Assembly (NCBI GenBank): GCA_035651575.1
Contig: DASRFM010000069.1
Coordinates: 12,725 to 76,724, forward strand
Source of the DNA: Burkholderiales bacterium
GTDB taxonomy: Bacteria; Pseudomonadota; Gammaproteobacteria; Burkholderiales; SG8-39
Length of the DNA stretch: 64,000 nucleotides
Reading direction: 5' to 3'
Position numbers and translations under genes: made by a program. This document shows, one piece after another, positions 18,685 to 29,655 of this stretch. Within the stretch, counting starts at the first letter, position 1, and each line of letters begins with the position of its first letter. The notes beneath the pieces were generated by a model, which was not told the DNA's origin, did not search any database, and saw only the letters and a program-made list of their open reading frames with translations.

Positions 18685-20024
18685 CGCTTCCACTTCACCA
18701 CGCGATAGCGCGAGACCCGGCAGGCGCCCAGGCGCGTGCCCGGCAATCCCGCCTTGTCGAGGAGCTGATTGAAGAAAAGCCGCTTGTCGGGCAAGGACTC
18801 CCAGACCTGCGGCAGGAACGTGGCGCGGCGGCCGTCGCGCTCGAGGATGATGCCGTCCTTGCCGGCGCACACCTGCTGCAGAAGATCCTCTTCGTCGCCG
18901 AAGCGGATCGGCTTCGGCGCGGAGAGCAGCGACACCTCGACGCTGCAGCGCGCCCACTCCTCGATGCCGAGCGGCGGGAAGCGCGGATCGCGGTGCGCCG
19001 CGGCGCGGGCGTTCTCCGCCACGTCCCGCGCAAGCGGGCGCGCCGCCTCGAGGCTGCCGATGCAGCCGCGCAGCGCGCCGTCCTTGGTCAGGGTGATGAA
19101 GGTCGCGCCGGCCTGCTGCAGCCACGGCTCGGGGCGCGGCGAGGGCTGCGAGCCCGTGAAGGAGCGCTCGATCGCCTCGCGCGCGAGCGAAAGAAGCGTG
19201 CCGCCCGCCTCCTCGAGCGCGACTTCGCCGCCTTCATGGAGGCAGAACGCCGAGTAGCCGACCACCTGCCCCCTGCCCCCCGCGGTATCGCCCGAATTGC
19301 ATGCGCCGAGAAGCCGGAGCGAAAGGCCCTTCCTGCGCGCGACGGCGAGCAGGCCGTTCAGCGGCGTCGCGCCGCACGCCTCCTCGTGGTCGAGGTCGGT
19401 GGCGAAGGCCGCGATGCGCGCGACCGTGCCGGCGTCGATGCGCCGCGCCTCTTCATAGGCATGGTAGTGCGAGAGATCGGTCGAGATCACGACGAGCGTC
19501 TCCGGACCGCCCCACAGGCGCTCGAGCACCTGCGCCACCTCCTCGACGCCCGCCGTGCCGACGGCCAAAGGCACCAGCGAGAAGGCGCCGAGCATTTTCT
19601 GGAGGAAAGGCAGCTGCACCTCGAGCGAGTGCTCGAGCGCATGCGCCGGCGCGCTCGTCACGACCTGGGGCAGGTCGCGCAGCGCGCTCACGGCCTCCTC
19701 GTCGACCGGGACGCTGCCGAGCGGCGTGGCGAATGCCTGCGCGCCCGGGAGGGCCAGGCCGCGCACCGCAACGCGGTGCACCGGGCCGAGCAGCACCACG
19801 CGGCGCACGATGCCGCGCGCCGCGGCAAGCGTGTCGTAGGCGCGCGCCGCCACGCTGCCGGAATACACGTAGCCGGCGTGCGGCACCACGAGCGCTTTCG
19901 GGAACCCGAGGCGCGGCTCGAAGTGCTCGACGCCGCCGAGCAGCTCCTCGAGCTCGGCGGCGAGCGCGAGGCGCTCGCCCGGATAGAACATGCCCGCGAC
20001 TGCCGCGGGCCTCACTGCAGCCAT
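18681..20024 (-). CDS. Fused AmmeMemoRadiSam system protein B (MEMO1-like) and protein A (AMMECR1-like)
   Basis: 447 aa. The N-terminal half has AGMFYPG...VVPHAGYVYSG...LEHSLEVQLPFL...STDLSHY (MEMO family). The C-terminal half has GATFITLTKDGALRGCIGSL...LSAPKP (AMMECR1 family). Confidence 0.85.
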
Positions 20025-20045
20025 TCGATGTATGTATGGGCTGGT

Positions 20046-20528
20046 TCAGCCCGCGTCAAGGAATTCCGCGAGGCCTTCCAGCGCCCGGATAACCGATTGT
20101 TTGCGCACGCTTTCACGGTCGCCCGCGAAGCGCCGGGTCTCGCTCTGCACGCGGCCCTGCTTTGCCCACGCGAAGCACACGGTGCCGACCGGCTTTTCCG
20201 CGCTGCCGCCCGACGGCCCGGCGACGCCGGTGACCGAAAGCGCCACCGTGCCGCGGCTGCGGCCGAGCGCGCCGAGCGCCATCTCGCGGGCCGTCTCCTC
20301 GCTGACTGCGCCGTGGCGCCGGAGCGTCTCGGCGCGCACCCCGAGGAGCTCTTCCTTCGCCTCGTTGGAATAGGTGACGAAGCCGCGCTCGAACCAGCCC
20401 GAGGAGCCCGCGGTCCCGGTCACGACCTGCGCGACCCAGCCGCCGGTGCACGATTCGGCGCTGACGAGACGCTCGCCGCCCGCCCTGAGCCGCCGCGCCA
20501 CGTCGGCCGATAGCGCTTCCAGCGTCAA
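20046..20528 (-). CDS. pncC: CinA C-terminal-domain / nicotinamide-nucleotide amidohydrolase PncC-like protein
   Basis: TTG at 20528..20526 overlaps the pgpA stop as TTGA. 160 aa. Contains ...LVSAESCTGGWVAQVVTGTAGSS..FERGFVTYSNEAK... Confidence 0.8.
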   Translation of the reverse strand: MTLEALSADVARRLRAGGERLVSAESCTGGWVAQVVTGTAGSSGWFERGFVTYSNEAKEELLGVRAETLRRHGAVSEETAREMALGALGRSRGTVALSVTGVAGPSGGSAEKPVGTVCFAWAKQGRVQSETRRFAGDRESVRKQSVIRALEGLAEFLDAG

Positions 20529-21010
20529 AAGAACGCCCTCTTCGCGATGGCGAGCACGAGGAGGGTATACCCCGCTGCGAGCAAGTCGTCGAACATCACG
20601 CCGAAGCCGCCCTTGAAGCGCCGCTCGAACCAGCGGATCGGCGGCGGCTTGGCGACGTCGAAGAACCGGAAGAGGGCGAATCCGGCGAGCTGCCAGCCGA
20701 AGCTCTTCGGCAGGATGGCGACAACGAGCAGAAAGGCGACGATCTCGTCCCACACCATGGCGCCGTGGTCCGGGATGCCGAGGTGCCGGCCGGTGACGCC
20801 GCAGGCCCAGATGCCGACGACGAACGCGAGCGCGATTGCGCCGACGAGCCAGGCCGGCGGCACCGGCGCGAGCAGGAAACCGGCGAGCCAGGCGAGCAGC
20901 GTCGCCGCCGTGCCCGGCGCGGCGGGCGCGAGGCCGCAGCCGAAGCCGAAGGCGACGAGGTGGGCCGGATGCGAGGCGACGAAGCGCGGCGTGGGCTTGA
21001 AGACGATCAC
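20525..21010 (-). CDS. pgpA: Phosphatidylglycerophosphatase A
   Basis: 161 aa. Contains ...VAFGFGCGLAPAAPGTAATL...DHGAMVWDEIVAF...FRFFDVAKPPPIRW. The GTG start overlaps the thiL stop as GTGA. Confidence 0.9.
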   Translation of the reverse strand: MIVFKPTPRFVASHPAHLVAFGFGCGLAPAAPGTAATLLAWLAGFLLAPVPPAWLVGAIALAFVVGIWACGVTGRHLGIPDHGAMVWDEIVAFLLVVAILPKSFGWQLAGFALFRFFDVAKPPPIRWFERRFKGGFGVMFDDLLAAGYTLLVLAIAKRAFF

Positions 21011-21933
21011 GCGAAATGGTCGAACGCGCGCTTGAACGCCATCGGCGCGCCGCCCGGATCCGTCACGCGCAGGCCGGCCGCCGCCTCGATCACGCCGATG
21101 CGCGAGAGCGCGAGCCCCAGGCGCTCGCCGAGCGCCTCGAGCGCGGCCCGCCGCGAAGGCGCGGCAGTAAAGAGAAGCTCGTAGTCGTCGCCGCCGGAAA
21201 GCACGCAGTCCGCCTCCAGCGTCGCATCGTTCAGGGCCGAGAAGAGCGGCGGCCGGGGAATGGCGGCGTACAGGACCCGGGCGCCGACCCGAGAGCGTTC
21301 CAGCACGTGGCCGAGGTCGCCCACCAGGCCGTCGGAGACGTCGATGGCCGCGCTCGCGAGGCCGCGCAGCGCCACGCCGAGCGCCACGCGCGGCTCGGGC
21401 TCGTGCAGGCGCTTCGCCGCTTCCGCGAGCTCCGGGTGCGCCAGCGCGAGGGAAGCGCCACCGAGCTCGCCCGACACCCAGAGGTCGTCGCCCGCGCGGG
21501 CGCCGCCGCGCGAGAGCGCCTGCCCGCGCGGCACCTCGCCGAGCGCCGTGATGTTCAGCGTGAGCAGCGGCCCGCGCGTCGTGTCGCCGCCCACCAGATC
21601 GACGCCGTAGCGCCCGGCGAGCGCGAACAGGCCCTCGGAAAACGCGGCGAGCCAGCGCTCGTCGGCGCTCTTCAGCGCGATCGCGAGCGTCGCCCAGCGC
21701 GGCTGCGCGCCGCAGGCGGCGAGATCGGAAAGGTTCACGGCGAGCGCCTTGTGGCCGAGCGCGCGCGGCTCGGCGCCCGGCAGGAAGTGGCGGCCCTCGA
21801 CGAGCATGTCGGTGGTGACGGCGAGCTCCATTCCCTCGGCGACGCGCAGCCGCGCGCAGTCGTCGCCCACTCCCATCACCGCGTTCCTCGCCGGCCGCTC
21901 GAAGAAGCGCCGGATGAGCTCGAACTCGTTCAG
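21007..21933 (-). CDS. thiL: Thiamine-monophosphate kinase (apparent CTG start)
   Basis: The conserved N-terminus (L)[26 protein letters not shown] starts at CTG 21933..21931, inside a CTGA overlap with the nusB stop. The first ATG/GTG (track start 21879) would remove the conserved EFELIRRFF segment. Confidence 0.85.
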   Translation of the reverse strand: MNEFELIRRFFERPARNAVMGVGDDCARLRVAEGMELAVTTDMLVEGRHFLPGAEPRALGHKALAVNLSDLAACGAQPRWATLAIALKSADERWLAAFSEGLFALAGRYGVDLVGGDTTRGPLLTLNITALGEVPRGQALSRGGARAGDDLWVSGELGGASLALAHPELAEAAKRLHEPEPRVALGVALRGLASAAIDVSDGLVGDLGHVLERSRVGARVLYAAIPRPPLFSALNDATLEADCVLSGGDDYELLFTAAPSRRAALEALGERLGLALSRIGVIEAAAGLRVTDPGGAPMAFKRAFDHFA

Positions 21934-22358
21934 GCGATCTTTCTCGCCCGCGCGACTTCGTCCGGGCGCAGCGCCGCCGCGATCTTCTCGAGCACCCCGT
22001 TCACGAAGCGATGGCCCTCCGCGCCGCCGAAGCTCTTGCCGAGCTCGACGGCCTCGTTCAGCACCACCTTGAAGGGCGTCTCCGGGTGCGCCGACAGCTC
22101 GTAGGCGCCGATGTAGAGGATGGCGCGCTCCACCGGAGAGAGCCGCTCCATCGGCCGGTCGAGGTGCGGCCCGATCACGCCGGCGAGCTCCGCCGAGCGG
22201 GCGCTCACGCCGCGCACGATCGCCTCGGCGAACGAGCGGTCGGCGCGCTCGCGGCCCTCGAGCGCCTGCATCTGCTCGAGCGCGTCGCCGCCCGAGAGCT
22301 GCCAGGCGTAGAGCGCCTGCAGCGCGGCCTCGCGCGCCTGCCGCCTAGCGCTGCTCAT
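21930..22358 (-). CDS. nusB: Transcription antitermination factor NusB
   Basis: 142 aa. Contains [19 protein letters not shown]... and ...[10 protein letters not shown]. Confidence 0.92.
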   Translation of the reverse strand: MSSARRQAREAALQALYAWQLSGGDALEQMQALEGRERADRSFAEAIVRGVSARSAELAGVIGPHLDRPMERLSPVERAILYIGAYELSAHPETPFKVVLNEAVELGKSFGGAEGHRFVNGVLEKIAAALRPDEVARARKIA

Positions 22359-22761
22359 GCAGCCTTTCCCTGAGCCGGGCCATCTCGATCGCCACCTGCA
22401 CCGCCTCGGCGCCCTTGTCGAGCCGCGCGCGCGCCTGCGCCTCGTCCTCCGTGGTGAGGATGCCGTTGCCGACCGGGATGCCGAACTCGAGGGCGACGTC
22501 CATCACGCCGCGCGCCGACTCGTTCGCGACGATGTCGAAGTGGTAGGTGTCGCCGCGAATCACGCAACCCACCGCCGCGAGCGCCTCGAAGCGCCCGCTC
22601 TGCGCGAGCCACTGCAGGGCGAGCGGGATCTCGAGGGCGCCGGGAACCTGCAGCACATGGCAATCGGCGACCCCGAGCTTCGCCGCCGCGGCGCGTGCCC
22701 GCTCGAGCAGCGCGGCGCTGATCTCCTCGTTGAAGCGGCTGGCGACGATGCCGAGGCGCAT
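22345..22761 (-). CDS. ribH: 6,7-dimethyl-8-ribityllumazine synthase (short N-terminus)
   Basis: 138 aa starting [14 protein letters not shown]. Contains [26 protein letters not shown] and GILTTED. An in-frame TGA lies 6 nt upstream of the ATG, so no longer N-terminus is possible. Confidence 0.9.
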   Translation of the reverse strand: MRLGIVASRFNEEISAALLERARAAAAKLGVADCHVLQVPGALEIPLALQWLAQSGRFEALAAVGCVIRGDTYHFDIVANESARGVMDVALEFGIPVGNGILTTEDEAQARARLDKGAEAVQVAIEMARLRERLHEQR

Positions 22762-22767
22762 GGCGCG

Positions 22768-23880
<1,113 letters not shown>

Positions 23881-23898
23881 GCCCCGATTTTAGTCCTT

Positions 23899-24285
23899 TT
23901 ACTCCTGCGCCTCGCCCTCGGCGCCGGCGCCTTCGCCCGTCTTCTCGCGGATGCGCGCCGACTTGCCGGAGCGGCTGCGCAGGTAGTAGAGCTTCGAGCG
24001 GCGCACCTCGCCTTTCCGCTTCACCTCGATGGAGGCGATGAGCGGTGAATAAGTCTGGAAGGTGCGCTCGACGCCCTCGCCCGAGGAGATCTTGCGCACG
24101 ATGAACGAGGAGTTGAGGCCGCGATTGCGCTTGGCGATCACCATGCCCTCGAACGCCTGCACGCGCTTGCGCTCGCCCTCGACCACGTTCACGTTGACGA
24201 TGATCGTGTCGCCCGGCGAGAAATCCGGGATCGCCCGCTTCAGCCGCTGGATCTCTTCCTGCTCGATCTTCTGGATCAGATTCAT
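23899..24285 (-). CDS. rplS: 50S ribosomal protein L19
   Basis: Internal ATG at 24285 overlaps the trmD stop as ATGA. 128 aa. Contains [12 protein letters not shown]...[46 protein letters not shown]. Confidence 0.97.
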   Translation of the reverse strand: MNLIQKIEQEEIQRLKRAIPDFSPGDTIIVNVNVVEGERKRVQAFEGMVIAKRNRGLNSSFIVRKISSGEGVERTFQTYSPLIASIEVKRKGEVRRSKLYYLRSRSGKSARIREKTGEGAGAEGEAQE

Positions 24286-25031
24286 GACTTCGCTCCGCTT
24301 TCGTGTTCCCGCCGGAATTCCTCCAGCAGCCTCGATTCTTCCGCGCTCAGCCTGCGCGCCGCAATCAGCTCCGGGCGCCTGAGCCAGGTGCGCCCCAGCG
24401 CCTGCTTCAGGCGCCAGCGCCGGATGTTCTCGTGGTGCCCGGACAACAGCACTTCGGGCACCTTCGCGCCCGCGTACGTCTCCGGTCGCGTGTACTGCGG
24501 GCAGTCGAGCAGCCCGTCGGCGAAGGACTCCTGCTTCGCCGACTCCGCGTCGCCGAGCGCCCCGGGCAGCTGGCGCACCACCGCGTCGATCAGCGCCATC
24601 GCCGCCACCTCGCCGCCCGACAGGACGAAATCCCCGATCGAGATCTCCTCGTCCACTCGCGTCTCGAGCAACCGCTCGTCCACCCCTTCGTACCTGCCGC
24701 ACAACAGGGTGAGGGAGGTTTCCTTCGCAAGCTCCATCACCCTCTTGTGCCGCAGCGGCCCGCCTTGCGGAGAGAGGTAGACCACCCTACCTCCGCCCGC
24801 CGCCTGCACCGCGTCCAGCGCCTTCTCCAGCGGCTCGGCCAGCATCACCATGCCGGGCCCGCCCCCGAACGGCCGATCGTCGACCGCGCGGTAGTTGTCC
24901 TCGGTGAAATCGCGCGGATTCCACGTCGCGAGCCGCCACAGGCCCGCCTGCAGCGCCCGGCTGGTGATGCCGCTCGCGGTCAGCGCCGCGAACATCTCCG
25001 GGAACAGCGTCACCACGTCGAAGCGGATCAC
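24282..25031 (-). CDS. trmD: tRNA (guanine37-N1)-methyltransferase
   Basis: GTG at 25031..25029 overlaps the rimM stop as GTGA. 249 aa. Contains (V)[13 protein letters not shown]...[13 protein letters not shown]...[10 protein letters not shown]. Confidence 0.95.
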   Translation of the reverse strand: MIRFDVVTLFPEMFAALTASGITSRALQAGLWRLATWNPRDFTEDNYRAVDDRPFGGGPGMVMLAEPLEKALDAVQAAGGGRVVYLSPQGGPLRHKRVMELAKETSLTLLCGRYEGVDERLLETRVDEEISIGDFVLSGGEVAAMALIDAVVRQLPGALGDAESAKQESFADGLLDCPQYTRPETYAGAKVPEVLLSGHHENIRRWRLKQALGRTWLRRPELIAARRLSAEESRLLEEFRREHESGAKS

Positions 25032-25531
25032 CAGTCTGCGCCCCACTCGACGCGGATGCGCCGCTGCGCGAGATCCACCGCCTTCACCACCGCCGCCACC
25101 CACGGGAGCAGCCTCGTCCTCCCGTCGCCGCCGACTTCCATCACGTCCTGCGCGCCGTTCGAGAAGAGGCGCTGCACCCGCCCGAGGCTCTCGCCCCGCT
25201 CGTTCACCACCTCCAGGCCGACCAGGTCGGCGAGGTAGAAGCGCCCGTCGCCCGGCTCCGGCAGCGCGCCGCGCTCCACGCTCACGCTGGCGCCTTTCAG
25301 CTTCAGCGCCTGCTCGCGCGTCTCGAGGCCCGCGAGCTTCGCGACCACGCTCGCCCCGTGGACCTTGGCTTCCTCGACGCGGTAGGCGTCATCGCCCAGC
25401 CACCATTCCACCGCGGCCGTCAGGCCCTCGGCACCGCCGCGCCCCGGGACCACTTTCAGCCATCCGCGCACGCCGTACGAGCCGGCGACGCGGCCCATCT
25501 CTAGGAGCCGCTCAGGCTGCCTTCTTCGCAA
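25028..25531 (-). CDS. rimM: 16S rRNA processing protein RimM
   Basis: Contains ...[16 protein letters not shown]... and ...[22 protein letters not shown]. The start is uncertain: TTG at 25531 (overlaps rpsP by 20 nt) or ATG at 25498. Confidence 0.85.
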   Translation of the reverse strand: MRRRQPERLLEMGRVAGSYGVRGWLKVVPGRGGAEGLTAAVEWWLGDDAYRVEEAKVHGASVVAKLAGLETREQALKLKGASVSVERGALPEPGDGRFYLADLVGLEVVNERGESLGRVQRLFSNGAQDVMEVGGDGRTRLLPWVAAVVKAVDLAQRRIRVEWGADW

Positions 25532-25763
25532 ACTGCTTCACGAGGCGCGACACCGTGGGCGAGAGCTGCGCGCCCTTGCCCCTCCAGTGCTTCACGCGCT
25601 CGAGATTCACGCGCAGCGACTCGCGGCCCTCGGGCGCCTTCGGGTCGTAGAAGCCGAGCCGCTCGAGGAACTTGCCGTTCGCCGCGCGGCGCGAGTCCGC
25701 GGCCACGACGTGGTAGAACGGGCGCTTGTTGGCGCCCCCGCGCTGGAGTCTGATGACGACCAT
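25512..25763 (-). CDS. rpsP: 30S ribosomal protein S16
   Basis: ATG at 25763. 83 aa. Starts [41 protein letters not shown]. Confidence 0.97.
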   Translation of the reverse strand: MVVIRLQRGGANKRPFYHVVAADSRRAANGKFLERLGFYDPKAPEGRESLRVNLERVKHWRGKGAQLSPTVSRLVKQFAKKAA

Positions 25764-25796
25764 TCGAATTCCCGCTGTGACTGCGAAAAGGCGCGG

Positions 25797-25802
25797 ATTA
25801 TA
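25797..25802 (-). promoter_or_regulatory. Putative -10 box (perfect TATAAT) of the rpsP-rimM-trmD-rplS operon
   Basis: Minus strand reads ...CTCCCGTATAATCCGCGCC..., 33 nt upstream of the rpsP ATG. The -35 region is weak (TTCCGG at 17-nt spacing). Confidence 0.4.
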
Positions 25803-25868
25803 CGGGAGAATTCCGCCTTCCGGAAGGTCGTGGCGCGCGGTCTCTGCTATGCTTGGCGCCTTCCGCAC

Positions 25869-26255
25869 ATGAGCCCCCAGCACGCCACGGACGAGGTCAC
25901 CGACCTCATCGCGTCCATCGAGATGCACCGGCAGGAGATCGAGCGCGAATCCGGCCTCGATGCCTCGCGCAACTATGCGCTGCCGCGCCTGCAGGAGCTG
26001 CTCAAGGCCGAGCAGGACGCCGCGCAGCAGCCGGGCGCGCCGGTCGAGCACGCCGCCAATGTCGAGGCGGTGAACGCCGCCCTCCGCAAGCTGCAGTCGC
26101 TCGGCCGCGGCGGCCAGCAGCGCAGCGGCCAGGGCAAGTCGCAGAACCAGTTCCGCGGCCCGCGCCCCGGCCAGGGCGGCGGCGGGCCGGGCCAGCCGGG
26201 CCGCCACCAGCGCCATCGCGGGCGCCGGCAGCAAGCCCGTCGCGGCGGCCGCTAG
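25869..26255 (+). CDS. Hypothetical protein with a Gly/Gln/Arg-rich C-terminal tail (128 aa)
   Basis: Internal ATG of track ORF 25587..26255 ([29 protein letters not shown]...). Strongly GC3-biased codons in this frame. No recognisable family. Confidence 0.5.
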   Translation: MSPQHATDEVTDLIASIEMHRQEIERESGLDASRNYALPRLQELLKAEQDAAQQPGAPVEHAANVEAVNAALRKLQSLGRGGQQRSGQGKSQNQFRGPRPGQGGGGPGQPGRHQRHRGRRQQARRGGR

Positions 26256-27028
26256 CCCAGCGCCCGCCTCAGTTTTTCCACGAGGGACGCGTCGGCCTGC
26301 GCGCTGACTGCCTTGCCCACTCCCAGGTAGCGCTCGGCCACTTCCGGCATGGCGAGCAGATCGGCGCCCTTGCCCTCCAGCGCGACGCGGCCGGTCTCGA
26401 TGACGTAAGCGCGATCGGCGATGGCAAGGCTCAGGCGCGCGTTCTGCTCGGAGAGCAGGATCGAGATGCCCTGGCCGCGCAGCGACTGCACGAGGCGGAA
26501 GATCTCGGTCACGAGGAGCGGCGCGAGCCCGAGCGAGGGCTCGTCGAGCAGCAGGTAGCGCGGCTCGGCCATGAGCCCGCGCGCGATGGCGAGCATCTGC
26601 TGCTGGCCGCCCGACAGCGTGCCGGCGGGCTCGTCGAGGCGCTCGAGGAGGATCGGGAAGCGCTCGGCCACGCGCCGCAGCCTCGCCTGCAGCGCGCGCG
26701 CGTCGAGGCTCCCGCGCTGCGCCCAGGCGCCGAGGCGCAGGTTCTCCGCGATCGTCAGCCCGGCGAACACCTGGCGGCCTTCGGGCACGTGCACGATGCC
26801 ACGGCGCACGCGCTCGCGCGGCGCGAGCCGCCCGATCGGCGCGCCATCGAGCAGGATCTCGCCGGCGCCCGGGGAGACGAGGCCCGAAAGCGCCTTTACG
26901 AGCGTCGATTTGCCGGCACCGTTCGCGCCGACGAGCGCGACGATCTCCTCGCGCCCGACCGCGAGGTCGATGTCGCGCAGCACCGGAAGCTCGTCGTAGC
27001 CCGCGCACAGGCGCCTCGTCTCGAGCAT
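26252..27028 (-). CDS. livF: Branched-chain amino acid-type ABC transporter ATP-binding protein (LivF-like)
   Basis: ATG at 27028 overlaps the livG stop (TGATG). 258 aa. Contains [25 protein letters not shown] and [12 protein letters not shown]. Confidence 0.9.
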   Translation of the reverse strand: MLETRRLCAGYDELPVLRDIDLAVGREEIVALVGANGAGKSTLVKALSGLVSPGAGEILLDGAPIGRLAPRERVRRGIVHVPEGRQVFAGLTIAENLRLGAWAQRGSLDARALQARLRRVAERFPILLERLDEPAGTLSGGQQQMLAIARGLMAEPRYLLLDEPSLGLAPLLVTEIFRLVQSLRGQGISILLSEQNARLSLAIADRAYVIETGRVALEGKGADLLAMPEVAERYLGVGKAVSAQADASLVEKLRRALG

Positions 27029-27798
27029 CAGTGCAGCTCCTTGCCCACGTAGGCCTCGACCACGCGCGGGTTGCCCTGGATCTCTGCGGGCGTGCCCTGC
27101 GCGACGATGCTGCCGGCGTCGAGCACGATCACCTCGTCCGCGACGCCCATGACGAGCGACATGTTGTGCTCGACGACCAGCACGGTGACGCCGCTCGCGC
27201 GCAACGCGCGCAGCAGCGTGGCGAGCTCGGCGGTCTCGGCGTCGTTCAGCCCGGCGGCCGGCTCGTCGAGCAGCAGCACGCGCGGCCGCGCCATGAGCGC
27301 GCGCATGATCTCGAGCAGCTTCTGCGCACCGATCGGAAGCTCGGTCGCCGCGCGTTCGCGGTAGGCCGCGAGCCCGGCGAGCTCGAGCAGCGCGTCGGCG
27401 CGCGCCGCGAGCGCGCGCTCTTCCCGCAGCGCCCGGGGCAGCCACAGCATCTGCGCGAGCGGATGCGCTTTCACGTGCTGGTGCGCACCCACCAGGACGT
27501 TCTCGTGCGTGGTCATGCCGGGGAAGATGCGCGCGCTCTGGAAGGTGCGCACGAGGCCCTGCGCGGCGATGCGCGCGGGCGTCAGGCCGGCGAGCGGAGC
27601 GCCGAAGAAACGCACCTCTCCGGCATCGGCGGCAAAGAGATTGGTCATGAGATTGAACAGCGTCGTCTTGCCGGCACCGTTCGGCCCGATGATCGCGGTG
27701 AGGTGTCCCTCGGGGACGGCGAACGAGACTTCCGCCGCGGCGCGCACGCCGCCGAAGGACTTGGCGAGCCCGATCGCCTGCAGCGCGGCGACGCTCAT
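27028..27798 (-). CDS. livG: Branched-chain amino acid-type ABC transporter ATP-binding protein (LivG-like)
   Basis: ATG at 27798 overlaps the permease stop as ATGA. 256 aa. Contains [27 protein letters not shown] and [11 protein letters not shown]. Confidence 0.9.
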   Translation of the reverse strand: MSVAALQAIGLAKSFGGVRAAAEVSFAVPEGHLTAIIGPNGAGKTTLFNLMTNLFAADAGEVRFFGAPLAGLTPARIAAQGLVRTFQSARIFPGMTTHENVLVGAHQHVKAHPLAQMLWLPRALREERALAARADALLELAGLAAYRERAATELPIGAQKLLEIMRALMARPRVLLLDEPAAGLNDAETAELATLLRALRASGVTVLVVEHNMSLVMGVADEVIVLDAGSIVAQGTPAEIQGNPRVVEAYVGKELH

Positions 27799-29642
27799 CG
27801 CGCGAGCCTCGCGGCCGCGGCGCCGAAGATGCCGCCCGGCAGGTAGCGCACCGTGAGGACGAGGAGCAGCCCCTCGGCGAGCGTCTTCCACACCGCGAGC
27901 GGCTGGAAGATCGTGGGCACGAGCGTCAGCAGCGCGACGCCGAAGACCGGCCCGATGAGCGTGCCCTCGCCGCCGAGGACCAGCATCGCGATCATCTCCA
28001 GGGAGCGCGGCGTGCCGACCATCTCGGGCGAAAGGAAGTGGAAGAAGAACGCGTAGAGGCTGCCGGAGAGCGAGGCGAGCAGCGCGCTGATGGCGAACGC
28101 CGCCATCTTGTAGCGCGGCACGTTGACCCCGAGCGCCGCGGCCGCGGTCTGGTCGGTGCGCACCGCCTGCAGCGCGCGGCCGAAGCCGGCGCGGATCGCG
28201 CCCAGAAGCAGCGCGATGCAGGCCGTGAGCAGCGCGACGACGAGGTAATACATGGAGCGCGGCGTGTCGAACGAGAGCGGCCCGATCGCGAAGGACGGAA
28301 TGCCGACCAGCCCGGAAGGCCCGCCCGTGACCTCGGTCATGCCGACGGTGAGCGAGTCGATGAGCAGGCCGAAGGCGAGCGTGGCGAGCGCGAGGTAATG
28401 GCCGCGCAGCTTCATCGTGGCGAGCGAGAGCACGAGCGCGCAGGCGAGCGCGAGGATCGCGCCCGCCGCCGTGCCGGCGAGCGGCGACCAGCCGTAGTTC
28501 GTCGCGAGGACCGCGGCGGTGTAGCCGCCGATCGCCATGAAGCCCGCCTGCCCGAGGCTCACCTGCCCCGTGTAGCCCATGAGCACGTCCAGGCCGAGCA
28601 CCGCGATGAAGACGATCCCGGTGATGACGAGCGAGCTCATGAGCCCCTCGGGGACGCAGAACGGCAGGGCCAGCACCACCGCCAGCGTGGCGGCGGCGAA
28701 GAGCGCGCCGCGGCGGCCCTTCAGCCGCACCACAGGATGGTAAATCCGGTGCTCGTCGCGCACGTCCTCGCGCCGCGAGCGCCGCGCGGTGAAGAGCCCC
28801 GCCGGGCGCACGAACAGCGTGACGATCAGGAAGCCGAGCGCGATGCCGTTCGCGAAGAGCGAGGAGATGTAGCCCGCGGCGAGCTGCTCGCCGACGCCGA
28901 GGAGCAGCCCGCCGGCGACCGCGCCGACGAACGAGCCGAGGCCACCGATCGCCACGGCGCTGAATCCGGAGATGGTGAAGAAGCGCCCGGTGTCGAACTG
29001 GAAGGAGAGGATCGGCGCGACCGCGATGCCGCCGAGCGCCGCGATGCACGCGGCGAGCGTGAAGCTGAAAAGCGTCATGCGCGGCACGTCGATCCCCATC
29101 AGGCGCGCAGCCGCCGGATTCTCCGAGCAGGCGCGCAGCGCCTCGCCGAGGGCGGTGCGCATCAGCAGCCACCAGATGCCGGCGATGATGGCGAGCGTGA
29201 CCCCGGCGATCCAGAAGCCCTGCGTCGGCAGGCGCACGCCGAGAACGCTCGCGGGCGCTTCGCCCGAGAAGGGCGGCAGCGCATAGGGCTGGCTCCCCCA
29301 GACGACGAGCGACAGGCCCTCCAGGAACGTCAGCAGGCCCGCGGTGAGGATGAAGAGGCTGCTCGTCGGCAGGCGCGAGAGCGCCGGCACGAATGCGGCC
29401 GCCCCGACCAGCAGGCCGAGGAGCGTGGTGCCGAGCGTCGCGCCGAGCGCCGCGAGCCACGTCGGCCAGCCGAGCGAGACCTCCAGCGAGTACATCGCGA
29501 GCGCGCCAACGATGCAGAACGCGCCCTGCGAGAGGTTGATCGCGCCGGTGACGCGGAAGACGAGCGTGAATCCCAGGGCAACGAGCGCGAAGACGCTGCC
29601 CTGGAGCAGCCCGCCGATGACGATCTGGGCGGCTTCTCCCAT
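27795..29642 (-). CDS. Fused LivH/LivM-type ABC transporter permease
   Basis: 615 aa polytopic protein. The N-terminal half is LivH-like (IVIGGLLQGSVFALVALGFTLVFRVTGAINLSQGAF). The C-terminal half is LivM-like (GYTGQVSLGQAGFMAIGGY). Confidence 0.85.
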   Translation of the reverse strand: MGEAAQIVIGGLLQGSVFALVALGFTLVFRVTGAINLSQGAFCIVGALAMYSLEVSLGWPTWLAALGATLGTTLLGLLVGAAAFVPALSRLPTSSLFILTAGLLTFLEGLSLVVWGSQPYALPPFSGEAPASVLGVRLPTQGFWIAGVTLAIIAGIWWLLMRTALGEALRACSENPAAARLMGIDVPRMTLFSFTLAACIAALGGIAVAPILSFQFDTGRFFTISGFSAVAIGGLGSFVGAVAGGLLLGVGEQLAAGYISSLFANGIALGFLIVTLFVRPAGLFTARRSRREDVRDEHRIYHPVVRLKGRRGALFAAATLAVVLALPFCVPEGLMSSLVITGIVFIAVLGLDVLMGYTGQVSLGQAGFMAIGGYTAAVLATNYGWSPLAGTAAGAILALACALVLSLATMKLRGHYLALATLAFGLLIDSLTVGMTEVTGGPSGLVGIPSFAIGPLSFDTPRSMYYLVVALLTACIALLLGAIRAGFGRALQAVRTDQTAAAALGVNVPRYKMAAFAISALLASLSGSLYAFFFHFLSPEMVGTPRSLEMIAMLVLGGEGTLIGPVFGVALLTLVPTIFQPLAVWKTLAEGLLLVLTVRYLPGGIFGAAAARLAR

Positions 29643-29655
29643 GCCGCCGGGTCTG

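Noticed and set aside
23881-23898. FMN riboswitch expected upstream of the ribBA-ribH genes
   Set aside because: Only 18 nt separate the rplS stop from the ribBA start, which leaves no room for an RFN element. The rib genes appear to be simply co-transcribed with upstream genes.
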